A DNA stretch of 64,000 nt from an uncultured Acidobacteriota bacterium (lineage in GTDB: Bacteria; Acidobacteriota; UBA6911). Positions 10,167 through 18,529 of this stretch are shown here, one piece after another. The stretch's first letter is position 1. Each line of letters starts with the position of its first letter. The notes below the pieces were generated by a model. The model was not told the origin of the DNA, searched no databases, and worked only from the letters and a program-made list of their open reading frames with translations. The stretch lies in NCBI GenBank assembly GCA_963843575.1, contig CAWJKZ010000010.1:416001-480000 (forward strand), written 5' to 3'. The position numbers were made by a program, and so were the translations under genes.

Positions 10167-10789
10167 AAGTCCTCTCTCTCCTGGAGATGCTTCAGGACCG
10201 GGGCTTCGCCCTGCATCAGCCGAGGCAACACGTGCTCATCCAGGAGCCGGTACCAGGCCGCGCGCCGGAGACTTGCGTCCGGATAGCGCGCTTTCAGAAA
10301 GCCGCGCAGGCCGGCTAAGTCTTCGAGAACCTCCCCGAAAGGTTCTCCGAGAATGCCGCCCAGACAGTCCCGAATCCTGGAAGCGAACGCCGGGGCGGCA
10401 CCGGAAGTCGATACCGTGACGACGAGGTTGCCGCGGCGCAGCACGGCGGGAAAAATGAAGTCCGAATGCAGGGGATCATCGACGATGTTGACCAGGACGT
10501 TGCGGCTCCGCGCACAATCAAAGATCTCCCGGTTGACCGCGGGGTCGTCGGTCGCCCCCACCACGATCCACATCCCATCGAGGTCGGCAGGGACGAATCC
10601 CCGCCTCTCCCACGACACGCCGACTCCCCGGATCAGCTCCTGCACAGGATCGGTGAGCTGCGGGGCAATCACCCGGACACGAGCACCTCCCTGAAGAAGG
10701 GCGCGGATCTTCATGGCCGCCGCGACGCCCCCGCCCACGACAAGCGCCGACCGTCCGTCGAATTTCAGGTGTACAGGATAAAGATCCAT
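10163..10789 (-). CDS. Precorrin-2 dehydrogenase / sirohydrochlorin ferrochelatase (CysG N-terminal type)
   Basis: YPVHL, Rossmann VVGGG, ATDD, VNIVDDP, VSTSGAAP. ATGA overlap with cobA. Confidence 0.92.
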   Translation of the reverse strand: MDLYPVHLKFDGRSALVVGGGVAAAMKIRALLQGGARVRVIAPQLTDPVQELIRGVGVSWERRGFVPADLDGMWIVVGATDDPAVNREIFDCARSRNVLVNIVDDPLHSDFIFPAVLRRGNLVVTVSTSGAAPAFASRIRDCLGGILGEPFGEVLEDLAGLRGFLKARYPDASLRRAAWYRLLDEHVLPRLMQGEAPVLKHLQEREDL

Positions 10790-10790
10790 A

Positions 10791-10829
10791 AAACGAAAAA
10801 CCCGCCACCTGCTCAGTGGCGGTGGCGGG
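10791..10829 (-). terminator. Intrinsic terminator of attenuator A
   Basis: Minus strand CCCGCCACC-loop-GGTGGCGGG followed by TTTTTCGTTTT, directly before the ATG at 10789. Confidence 0.85.
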
Positions 10830-10858
10830 CTCAGGAGTGTCGTTGATGTGTGCCTGGT

Positions 10859-10939
10859 TTAGACTGCGCCTTCCGCCACCCGGAAACCGCGCAGCGTGCA
10901 ACAACAGGCGCAGATCATGTTCGAGCGGCGGAGAACCAT
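10859..10939 (-). CDS. Cys-rich leader peptide A (MVLRRSNMICACCCTLRGFRVAEGAV), probably leaderless
   Basis: Four Cys in five codons. ATG begins 7 nt after a -10 box. Followed by a terminator upstream of the siroheme genes. Confidence 0.8.
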   Translation of the reverse strand: MVLRRSNMICACCCTLRGFRVAEGAV

Positions 10940-10945
10940 GCGAGA

Positions 10946-10974
10946 TTTATACCGCGCCACCCGTGCCCTGGCAA
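10946..10974 (-). promoter_or_regulatory. Sigma70 promoter for the siroheme operon
   Basis: TTGCCA-N17-TATAAA on the minus strand. Confidence 0.75.
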
Positions 10975-10990
10975 GCCGAATGTGTAGTGT

Positions 10991-11010
10991 ATCTAATCCT
11001 CGGATTAGAT
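10991..11010. promoter_or_regulatory. Palindromic putative operator between the divergent promoters
   Basis: ATCTAATCC-tc-GGATTAGAT, perfect 9-bp inverted repeat. Confidence 0.6.
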
Positions 11011-11015
11011 GATCG

Positions 11016-11044
11016 TTGACATCCGTCGCGGGCGCTGTTAGTCT
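11016..11044 (+). promoter_or_regulatory. Sigma70 promoter for the sulfite reductase operon
   Basis: TTGACA-N17-TAGTCT with an extended -10 TG. Confidence 0.78.
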
Positions 11045-11128
11045 TCGTCCCAGGATATACATTTGGACGGAGAGCGTCCCTTGGCAGCGAAAGCGACTGG
11101 AACCCGGACTGAAAAGAACGCGGCGGGA

Positions 11129-11206
11129 ATGACGGGGTTTGCCTGTTGCTGCATCTGTCGCGTGCCCGGGAACCGGTCTCTCGTCCATGAGACAATTGAG
11201 CCTTAG
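11129..11206 (+). CDS. Cys-rich leader peptide B (MTGFACCCICRVPGNRSLVHETIEP); alternative in-frame TTG start at 11081
   Basis: Four Cys in five codons. Contains GGAACCGG, complementary to the 5' arm of the downstream terminator. Confidence 0.8.
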   Translation: MTGFACCCICRVPGNRSLVHETIEP

Positions 11207-11227
11207 CTCAAGGCCATCATTGGGACG

Positions 11228-11266
11228 AAAAAGCCCCGGTTCCTTCGAAGGAACCGGGGCTTTTTT
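11228..11266 (+). terminator. Intrinsic terminator of attenuator B
   Basis: AAAAAGCCCCGGTTCCT-TCGA-AGGAACCGGGGC-TTTTTT in the 5' leader of the sulfite reductase gene. Confidence 0.92.
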
Positions 11267-11323
11267 ATTTTGGGGCCGTTCAAACCCGAAAGACCAGGGG
11301 CCTTTCAGCTTCGAGGAGACCTG

Positions 11324-13507
11324 ATGCGCGACGCGAGTCTGGAGATTGCCCGGGACCGCGGTTTGGGCCTAACCGACACAGTGCGCGAGGAATTGGATGT
11401 TTACGAAGAGCTGATCCGGAAATACCGCGCCGGCCAGGTCGACGAAACCAAAATGCAGAAACAGCGGCTGCATTTCGGCACGTACGCGCAGCGCCAGGAA
11501 GGCGTGCAGATGCAGCGGATCAAAATCCCGGGCGGGCGCCTCACTTCCTGCCAGCTCGGTCGCCTTGCAGACGCGGCGGATCGTTTCGCCAGCGGGTTCA
11601 TTCACTTCACCACGCGCGAAGACGCGCAGATCTACTATGTCAAGCTCGATGAAGTACCTGCTCTTCTTCGTTTCCTGGCCGAGGCCGGCATCACGACCCG
11701 CGAAGCCTGCGGCAATACCGTCCGCAACATAACCTGCTGCTACCGTTCGGGCACGACCAAAGATGAGGCTTTCCCGGTGGCGCCGTACGCCGAAGCGCTC
11801 TTCCGTTATCTGGTCCGAAACAGGTACAACCAGAATCTCGGGCGCAAGTTCAAGATCACCTTCGAAGGCTGCACCGAAGACCACTCGCACCTGCGAATTC
11901 ACGACATCGGGCTGCTCGCCCGCCAGCGCCCCGATGAACACGGCAACGTCCAACGCGGATTCCGCATCTGGCTCGGGGGCGGCCTCGGGGCGGCTCCGCA
12001 GGTCGGCTTGCTCTATTGCGACTTCCTTCCCGAAGACGAGCTGTTCAACGTGGTCGCCGCAACGCTGCGTCTGTTCGATCGATACGGGGAGCGCAAGGCC
12101 AGGATGAAGGCGCGCATGAAATTCCTCATTCAGACCATGGGATGGGACCGATTCCGCGAGGAACTCGAGGCCGAGCGCATGCGCATGGGACCCGTCGACC
12201 TCCTCCCGGAATATCTCGCGGAAGCGCGCGACGTCGTTCCTCCTCTGACGGAACCGGATGCGGGATTCCGGGTGCTGGAGGGCCGCCTCGACGACGCCTC
12301 CTTTACCAGGTGGGTGCAGGACTCCGCTATCGAACACAGGATCCCGTGGCTTCGCGGCGTGCACGTACGCCTCAAAATGGGGGACATAACCGCGGAACGC
12401 GCGCGCCGTCTGGCGCTTCTGGCGCGCAGATTCTCGGCGGGAGAACTGCGGATCTCCATCGAGCAGAACATCTATTTCCCGTGGGTTTCCGCGGACGCTC
12501 TCCCCGACCTGTACGACGGTCTGGGCGAATTGTCGCTGGCCGATCCGGGCGCGGAGACCGTCGAAGACACGACGACCTGCCCGGGAGCCGATACGTGCAG
12601 GCTTGGCATTGCTTCAGCGAAAGGCCTGGGCAGCGTCATCTCCGAGGCCCTGACCGGCCCGGGGACCGCGCATCGCGAACTTGCCCGTTCGCTGCGTATC
12701 AAGGTCTCCGGCTGTCCCAACGGGTGTGCTCAACACTCGATTGCCGACGTCGGATTCCAGGCAGCGGCACTGAATCACGAAGGTCGTACGGTGCCGGCCT
12801 ATCTCGTGTCGGTGGGAGGAAGAGCAAATCTCGACGACGCCGAGTTCGGCCGGCTGATCGGGCGAATTCCGGCAAGGAACGGGGTGCCGGCCCTGCAGGC
12901 ACTCCTCGATCTGTTTAGTCGAGAGAAACTTCCGAACGAGACCTTCGGCAAGTTTGTGGACCGAGTGGGAGAGACCACTTTGAAAGCGGCGCTCGAGCCG
13001 TTGAAACACGTTCCGGCTTATGCGGAGGACCCGTCGTATTACGAAGACTGGGGACATGAGAACGAGCGTTTCGCCGTGCGGCAGGGTGTCCGGGGCGAAT
13101 GCGCCGGTGCGACAGTCGCAGAAACCGTGCCCACGATCGCGGCGGCGTGGGAATGGCTCGCCCAGGCGCGTGCCTTTTTGTATCACCAGGAGTACAAGTC
13201 GGCAGCCCTGGCCGCTTACGAGGCGGCCGCGTGTGCTGCCCGCGTTCCGCTGTATCAGCGTCTCGTCGATCCATTCACTTCGGATCAGGCTCTTTGGGAA
13301 TTCGAGAACATCTTCGTGCTGTCCGGCATGACGGGGGACGAGTGGAAAGATATCTCGAATTGGTTCGAGAGTCGGAAAAACCGGACGGCGGACGATGGGT
13401 CCGCTCGCGAAATTCTGGGTGGGGCGCAGCGACTGATCGAGTACTGTGCCTCATTCAACGAGGCGTCGCCGAAACCGGTGTCGCCCCCCGCAGGTGCGGG
13501 ACTGTAA
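11324..13507 (+). CDS. Siroheme/4Fe-4S sulfite (nitrite/sulfite family) reductase with C-terminal helical extension
   Basis: MQRIKIPGG, HFTTRED, CGNTVRN, TCPGADTC, SGCPNGC. GAGGAG RBS. Adjacent to cysH and siroheme genes, so sulfite is the likely substrate. Confidence 0.93.
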   Translation: MRDASLEIARDRGLGLTDTVREELDVYEELIRKYRAGQVDETKMQKQRLHFGTYAQRQEGVQMQRIKIPGGRLTSCQLGRLADAADRFASGFIHFTTREDAQIYYVKLDEVPALLRFLAEAGITTREACGNTVRNITCCYRSGTTKDEAFPVAPYAEALFRYLVRNRYNQNLGRKFKITFEGCTEDHSHLRIHDIGLLARQRPDEHGNVQRGFRIWLGGGLGAAPQVGLLYCDFLPEDELFNVVAATLRLFDRYGERKARMKARMKFLIQTMGWDRFREELEAERMRMGPVDLLPEYLAEARDVVPPLTEPDAGFRVLEGRLDDASFTRWVQDSAIEHRIPWLRGVHVRLKMGDITAERARRLALLARRFSAGELRISIEQNIYFPWVSADALPDLYDGLGELSLADPGAETVEDTTTCPGADTCRLGIASAKGLGSVISEALTGPGTAHRELARSLRIKVSGCPNGCAQHSIADVGFQAAALNHEGRTVPAYLVSVGGRANLDDAEFGRLIGRIPARNGVPALQALLDLFSREKLPNETFGKFVDRVGETTLKAALEPLKHVPAYAEDPSYYEDWGHENERFAVRQGVRGECAGATVAETVPTIAAAWEWLAQARAFLYHQEYKSAALAAYEAAACAARVPLYQRLVDPFTSDQALWEFENIFVLSGMTGDEWKDISNWFESRKNRTADDGSAREILGGAQRLIEYCASFNEASPKPVSPPAGAGL

Positions 13508-14292
13508 TGAGTGAATCGCCTACTCCACACGAAATCCGCGAAGAACACCAGGTTCTCGTGGCAGGTCGTGTTTTGACTGGAGAAACTGCCTTGCCCGAAC
13601 AGCAGACGAGCTCGTTGTCGCTCTCCGAAAAAGTCGAGATCAGCAAGACCATCATCGAATATGCCATCAGCAAGCACCCGCGTATTTTTGCCGCGTGCTC
13701 CTTCGGCAAGGATTCCCGAGTGATTGTGGATCTTGCGGCGCAGGTTCGTCCGGAGATCCCGTTCATAGGCATCGACACCGGCTACGAATTCCCGGAAACC
13801 CTGGCGTATGCCGACGAGCTCGTGCGCCAAACCGGCGTACGCTTCCGGTGGGTGCGGCCATCGGACGAAGCGCGCCGCAGGATCGACGAACAGTACGGCG
13901 ATTCGTTCATCAGGAACGATCAGTACAAGTGCTGCGAGATGAAGATCCCGGCGATCGAGGGGATCCTGGCGGAATACGACGCCTGGATCACGGGTCTGCG
14001 GCGCGACGAAACCGAATATCGTAAGAATACGAGACTGATCGAGGCGGGAAGGGTCGCCAAGGTCAATCCCATCGCCTTCTGGAACAAGGAGGACGTCTGG
14101 AACTACATCAGCGGCAATGGTCTGAGTTATCACCCGCTGTATGACCTCGGTTATACCTCTCTCGGCTGCAAGCCCTGCACAACCGGCGGCAGAGTTCGTT
14201 CCGGTGGTGGCAGGCAGGGCCAGTTTGAGAGAGCAGGACGCTTCGCGGGCACATCCAATCAGGGACAGGAGTGTGGACTGCATCTGATCTGA
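13507..14292 (+). CDS. cysH: APS/PAPS reductase (4Fe-4S APS type)
   Basis: CSFGKDS, DTGYEFPET, CC and CxxC ligands, TGLRRDE, terminal ECGLH. TAATG coupling to the upstream gene. Confidence 0.93.
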   Translation: MSESPTPHEIREEHQVLVAGRVLTGETALPEQQTSSLSLSEKVEISKTIIEYAISKHPRIFAACSFGKDSRVIVDLAAQVRPEIPFIGIDTGYEFPETLAYADELVRQTGVRFRWVRPSDEARRRIDEQYGDSFIRNDQYKCCEMKIPAIEGILAEYDAWITGLRRDETEYRKNTRLIEAGRVAKVNPIAFWNKEDVWNYISGNGLSYHPLYDLGYTSLGCKPCTTGGRVRSGGGRQGQFERAGRFAGTSNQGQECGLHLI

Positions 14293-14519
14293 CCCGCTCG
14301 GACAAGCGGGATCAGCCTTCGAGGAGGGCCGACGATCCTGCGGCCGCAGGAACCGCGCGCGGCCTGTTTGGGCCGTGGCCGAGAGGAGGCCGACGTCGAC
14401 CACCCGCGCCAGCGCGGTCTGGAGTCCCGCCCCCCAAGCCTGGCGAGCCTCTGGAAGAGCCACGTCGAAGCTCGTCTGGTTGGGCGGGGAATGCAGGGTC
14501 CAGCGCAAGCCGGACAGGG

Positions 14520-15119
14520 TCACTTCAAACTTGGAGCGATGAAGGCGTTCAACAAGGGAAACGACAATCCTCCCACGACGCGCTGCTCCTTGCCCTCCAT
14601 CGTGACGAAAAATGTGGGGGTCGACACCACGTTTCTCTTCTTGCCCAGGGCGATTTCGCGATCAATCGTCTCCTGGATCGCCTGGTCCTTCAGTCTTTCT
14701 CTCACCTTTTCCATTTCGCCCGGCGTAAGAACGCGGGCAACCACGCGATCGATGTTACCGTCGAAAGCCCATTCTGCCTGACAGGTATAGAGATATCTGA
14801 TGACTTTGATGAGCTGCTCTTGACCCAGGCCCGCGCACGCCACAGCGTAAGTGCTTGCGATCCTGGAGGATGCATGCACGGGAAGCGGAAGCTCGTGGAA
14901 AATGACCGCCACCTTGTTGCCGGAAGAGTACCGGTCCAACAGCGGGTCGACAGTGTCGAGATAAAACGTGCGGCAGGCCGGACACTCAAAATCCGAGAAA
15001 ATTTCGATCCTGACAGGGGAGTCGGGCCTGCCCATAAGATAATTCCCGGGAGCGTCGGTGCGGGTCGCTTCCACCGCCGGTTGTACCATGACCAGGAGTG
15101 CCAGCACGATCCAACTCAT
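14520..15119 (-). CDS. DsbA-family thioredoxin-fold oxidoreductase
   Basis: Signal peptide, FSDFECPAC, cis-Pro loop STPTFFV. Confidence 0.9.
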   Translation of the reverse strand: MSWIVLALLVMVQPAVEATRTDAPGNYLMGRPDSPVRIEIFSDFECPACRTFYLDTVDPLLDRYSSGNKVAVIFHELPLPVHASSRIASTYAVACAGLGQEQLIKVIRYLYTCQAEWAFDGNIDRVVARVLTPGEMEKVRERLKDQAIQETIDREIALGKKRNVVSTPTFFVTMEGKEQRVVGGLSFPLLNAFIAPSLK

Positions 15120-15387
15120 CGCGGTTCCTCTCCTCTAGAGATCGCTACAGGGTCCTCTTAACTGATAACACGTTTTGCCGCGACGGTGTATGCCGTTTGT
15201 CAGGCGGCCTGTCGCCAGGTCGATCTGTGGGGATCCGCGCGCATCCGCGTCCTGACAAATACGTTGGCGTATTTGTGAACATCAGTACTTTGTGAGGACG
15301 CAGCTTGTCGTTGTGCCGCGTGGGGCAAGGAACCCGGTGGAACGGCCGACCCCCCGAGCACCCAAATCCTTCGAGGTGAGCCTCTCG

Positions 15388-15414
15388 GGGCCGCGGCGAG
15401 CCGCCGCGGCCCAC
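15388..15414. repeat. REP family C (GTGGGCCGCG-type hairpin)
   Basis: GGGCCGCGGCGAGCCGCCGCGGCCCAC; related copies at 18439, 24219, 60757 and 61662. Confidence 0.6.
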
Positions 15415-15423
15415 TCCGCTGTT

Positions 15424-17229
15424 TCAGGAGCCTGCCGCCTGATCGAGGATGCGCTTCACCGCCGGATTGGGATCGGCGATTTCCCTCCCCGAGCGCACCG
15501 TGATGGTCGGGATCGCGCCGTGTTCTTCGTGAATGCGCATCCGGAGCTGCTCCTCGGCATTGCTGCCTCCAAGCGACGAGTAGCCGAAAGCCCGGCACAG
15601 CCGTCCGAGGAGAAAATCGTTCAGCGGACAGCTGCCGGTCCTGTCGAGCCCCTCGATACTGCCTTGCCAGCTCCGGAAGAGGTGCACCTGCCCGAAGGAC
15701 TGGCCCTGGGCGGTGATTTCGTTCAATCCCTCGCCGCCGACGACCAGCCCGCTGCCGAGACCTGCGATCTCGGCGATCAACCTCTTGATCCCCTCCGTGG
15801 AGGTTGTGCTCTCGACGATGCTGTTGTGGAGGTTGAACGTGTTCAGCGTTACATCGATGAAGACCGATTCCAGCGAAAGCGCGCTGGCGGCGCCGGCGAT
15901 CGCCTCAGACAGAAGGGCCCGCCACATGCTCAGCCCCGGGTGGATCTTCGCCATGACTTTCTTGTCGCGGTGCTCGACTCTGCTCAGGTTGGACTCCGGT
16001 ACCCCGAGCACCTTGCCGTCAACCCAGCTCCATCCCATGATCTTCCTGCTCTCGATATCGCGAAACTGAAAATCCCTGACCATGGGATAGACGGCGTGAC
16101 CGGGGTCGACCTCCAGCGAGTTGAAATGCGGCATGACGTGGAAACCCAGGGACAGGCATTTTGCGATAAACGCCCGCCCGCTTTCGCTCGCTACGTACGT
16201 CGGGTAGTTTTCGTCGTAGTTGTCCGTGCGCCAGCCCGGGAAGTGCAACAGCACCCGGCGGGGCTCGACGCGCTTTGCCAGGGCGTCCAGAATCTGTGGG
16301 TCACCCGGGCACCACGAGATGGCCAGCCGGATGTCGCGCACCCAGGGGCGGCGCGAACGCTCGGCAGCATCGAGTCCGTAAGCCTGCCACAGCCAATCCC
16401 TGTAGCGCTGCACGGGCTTTTTCCAGTCGCCCTGGAAGACGTTGATCCGCCAACCGAGGCCGCCCGCCGCCAGGTTATCGTCGACGGGTCCATACTGTTC
16501 GGTATCGAAAGCGAGCACGTTCGGTCCTGTCCGGTCCCCCGTCAGCAGGGCCTTGTATCGATAGGAGCTGTCCTGCGTGTGGATCCAGAACCCGCCGTTT
16601 TGACCCTGGAGCACAACAAAACCGGCCTCCCAGGCTTGTGGCCAGGTCCAGCGCGAGCCGCGCAGCAAGGGGTCGTCCAATTTGAGTTTGATGCCCTGGA
16701 AGAGAGGCGCCACGAGATACAGGTCGGGACGGATGCCGCCGACAGTCCAGCGACACGCGCGCGCCCCGGGACGTGACGAGTAAGCCGACGGTTCCAGGAC
16801 GAGGTCTCCGGACTCGGGCTCGACAGTCACTGCGATCACGCCGTCGGCGTCCCAGTGGTGGAAGATGATCTCCGCCCTGAGGTCGGACAGTTTTCGGCAT
16901 CCGATGCTGCCGTAACGGTTCTCGTCGATGGAGACGGTCTCGGAACCGGAATAAAGCAGCTGCAGGGCCGGTGCTGCCGGCTGTTGCCCGGTAATCAGGT
17001 ACTCCCCCGTGGCCTTGTTCTTCAGGGAGGTAATCGAGCCCTTGTCGATCACCGCCGCGAGGGTGCCCGTCTCAATGTACAACCGCCCTTCTTTGATTTC
17101 GAGGGACGCCTGTCCAGCGGCGCCTTGCCCGCCCGTGCTCGCGCGCGACCGGTTTGTTGCGTGCACGACGGGGGCCGCGGTAACCGCGGCTGCAACTTCT
17201 TTCAGGAATGTCCTGCGCGAGCTTGACAT
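15424..17229 (-). CDS. Tat-exported glycoside-hydrolase-like protein (DUF6259-like)
   Basis: Tat motif SRRTFLK; aromatic-rich TIM-barrel-like core (YDENYP, GFHVMPHFN, VFIDV, GEG). Confidence 0.65.
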   Translation of the reverse strand: MSSSRRTFLKEVAAAVTAAPVVHATNRSRASTGGQGAAGQASLEIKEGRLYIETGTLAAVIDKGSITSLKNKATGEYLITGQQPAAPALQLLYSGSETVSIDENRYGSIGCRKLSDLRAEIIFHHWDADGVIAVTVEPESGDLVLEPSAYSSRPGARACRWTVGGIRPDLYLVAPLFQGIKLKLDDPLLRGSRWTWPQAWEAGFVVLQGQNGGFWIHTQDSSYRYKALLTGDRTGPNVLAFDTEQYGPVDDNLAAGGLGWRINVFQGDWKKPVQRYRDWLWQAYGLDAAERSRRPWVRDIRLAISWCPGDPQILDALAKRVEPRRVLLHFPGWRTDNYDENYPTYVASESGRAFIAKCLSLGFHVMPHFNSLEVDPGHAVYPMVRDFQFRDIESRKIMGWSWVDGKVLGVPESNLSRVEHRDKKVMAKIHPGLSMWRALLSEAIAGAASALSLESVFIDVTLNTFNLHNSIVESTTSTEGIKRLIAEIAGLGSGLVVGGEGLNEITAQGQSFGQVHLFRSWQGSIEGLDRTGSCPLNDFLLGRLCRAFGYSSLGGSNAEEQLRMRIHEEHGAIPTITVRSGREIADPNPAVKRILDQAAGS

Positions 17230-17604
17230 AACCGACCTCCTGAGTGATCCGGTCCACATCAACCGCGATTGTACGCCGGCAACGGCGCTCGTGATTGTCG
17301 CTCACTGATCCCTGAAAAACGAGAACTCTGTCGATCGGCGGTTTTTTGGCCGCGGAACTCCCTCCCCGTACGCCGACCTGCGCCGACCCGGGCATTTCGT
17401 CGGCGCTTCCTCGGCGTCCCTCGGCGTGCGGGCTGCTGAACGAAACAGACCGGAGGACTGGGTCGAGACTTGGGTGTATCTGGAGACATGGCCTATGCCG
17501 GTGATTCGCCCGAGTTCAGGTTATACTTGGGCTACCCTTTTCGCGGCCTCCACGGCACGCGCCGGAAGCGGCCGGGGAAAGCCTCCGATGCAGGTCGAGG
17601 GCTT

Positions 17605-18423
17605 ATGCTGACAATCATGGTCGTCTCGGACGCGACCGGCGAGACTGCGGAGCGCGTGGTTCGCGCGGCCCTCGTGCAGTTCAGGAACGCGCCCGCAACC
17701 ATCGTCCGGCGCGGCAACGTGCGCACTCCGCAGAAGGTCCGCGCCGTCGTCAGGGAGGCAGCCCGGCACGACACGCTCATAGTCCACACGCTCGTCACTC
17801 ACGCGCTGCGCCGCCTGATGCTCAAGGAGTCCCGGCTGAACGGCGTCGAGTCGATGGACTTGATGGGCCCGGTGCTGGACCGGCTCGTCACCCTCTTGAG
17901 GCTGACGCCGCGGCAGCGGCCCGGGCTGTTCAAGCAGCTGGCCGAAGCCAAATCCAGGGTTATCGAGGCCGTGGAGTTCGCCTTCCGGCACGACGACGGG
18001 CTGCACGCGGAAGAACTCAACCAGGCGGAGATCGTGCTGGTCGGCATTTCGCGGGTGATGAAAACCCCCACCACGATGTACCTGGCTTACAGGGGCTGGT
18101 TCGCCGCAAATGTCCCGATCATCCTCGAGGTCCCGCCACCGCGGGAGTTACTGCGGCTGCGCGCCGACCGCGTGTTCTGTCTCGTCGGGGCCCCCGATCG
18201 CCTGCTGGAACTGCGGCGCGCCCGCGCCGACTCCGCCAACATCCCCGAACAGCCCTACGCCTCGCCTGCCTACATCCGACAGGAACTGCTCCACTCGCGG
18301 CGGCTCAGCCGCGATCGTGGCTGGCGGCAGATCGAAGTCACGGGAAAGTCGGTGGAAGAAGTCGCCCGCGAGATCCTCATGCTCCTCCCGGAAAAGGAAC
18401 AGTCACGCGGCCCCGCGTGGTAG
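17605..18423 (+). CDS. PEP synthase/PPDK regulatory kinase-pyrophosphorylase (DUF299)
   Basis: VSDATGETAE, HDDG, LVGISRVMKTP, AANVP, SVEEVA. Confidence 0.92.
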   Translation: MLTIMVVSDATGETAERVVRAALVQFRNAPATIVRRGNVRTPQKVRAVVREAARHDTLIVHTLVTHALRRLMLKESRLNGVESMDLMGPVLDRLVTLLRLTPRQRPGLFKQLAEAKSRVIEAVEFAFRHDDGLHAEELNQAEIVLVGISRVMKTPTTMYLAYRGWFAANVPIILEVPPPRELLRLRADRVFCLVGAPDRLLELRRARADSANIPEQPYASPAYIRQELLHSRRLSRDRGWRQIEVTGKSVEEVAREILMLLPEKEQSRGPAW

Positions 18424-18438
18424 CCGGATCCCGTCGCA

Positions 18439-18521
18439 GTGGGTGGGGGCGGCCCGCCCCCACCCTCGATTGAGCTTCAGCCAGCAACGGGTCGGCTCAC
18501 CTTCGGGCCGACGCGGCCCAC
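18439..18521. repeat. REP family C pair between convergent genes
   Basis: GTGGGTGGGGGCGGCCCGCCCCCACCC and GGGCCGACGCGGCCCAC. Confidence 0.55.
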
Positions 18522-18529
18522 TAGCCCAT

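Noticed and set aside
11045-11266. SAM or T-box riboswitch upstream of the sulfite reductase gene
   Set aside because: No SAM-I core (AUC..GAGA / GCAACC) or T-box motif (GGUGGNACCGCG) is visible. The Cys leader and antiterminator explain the terminator better.
17605-18423. PPDK/PEPS regulatory protein without an adjacent target enzyme
   Set aside because: Unlinked copies are common, so this is not informative from one window.
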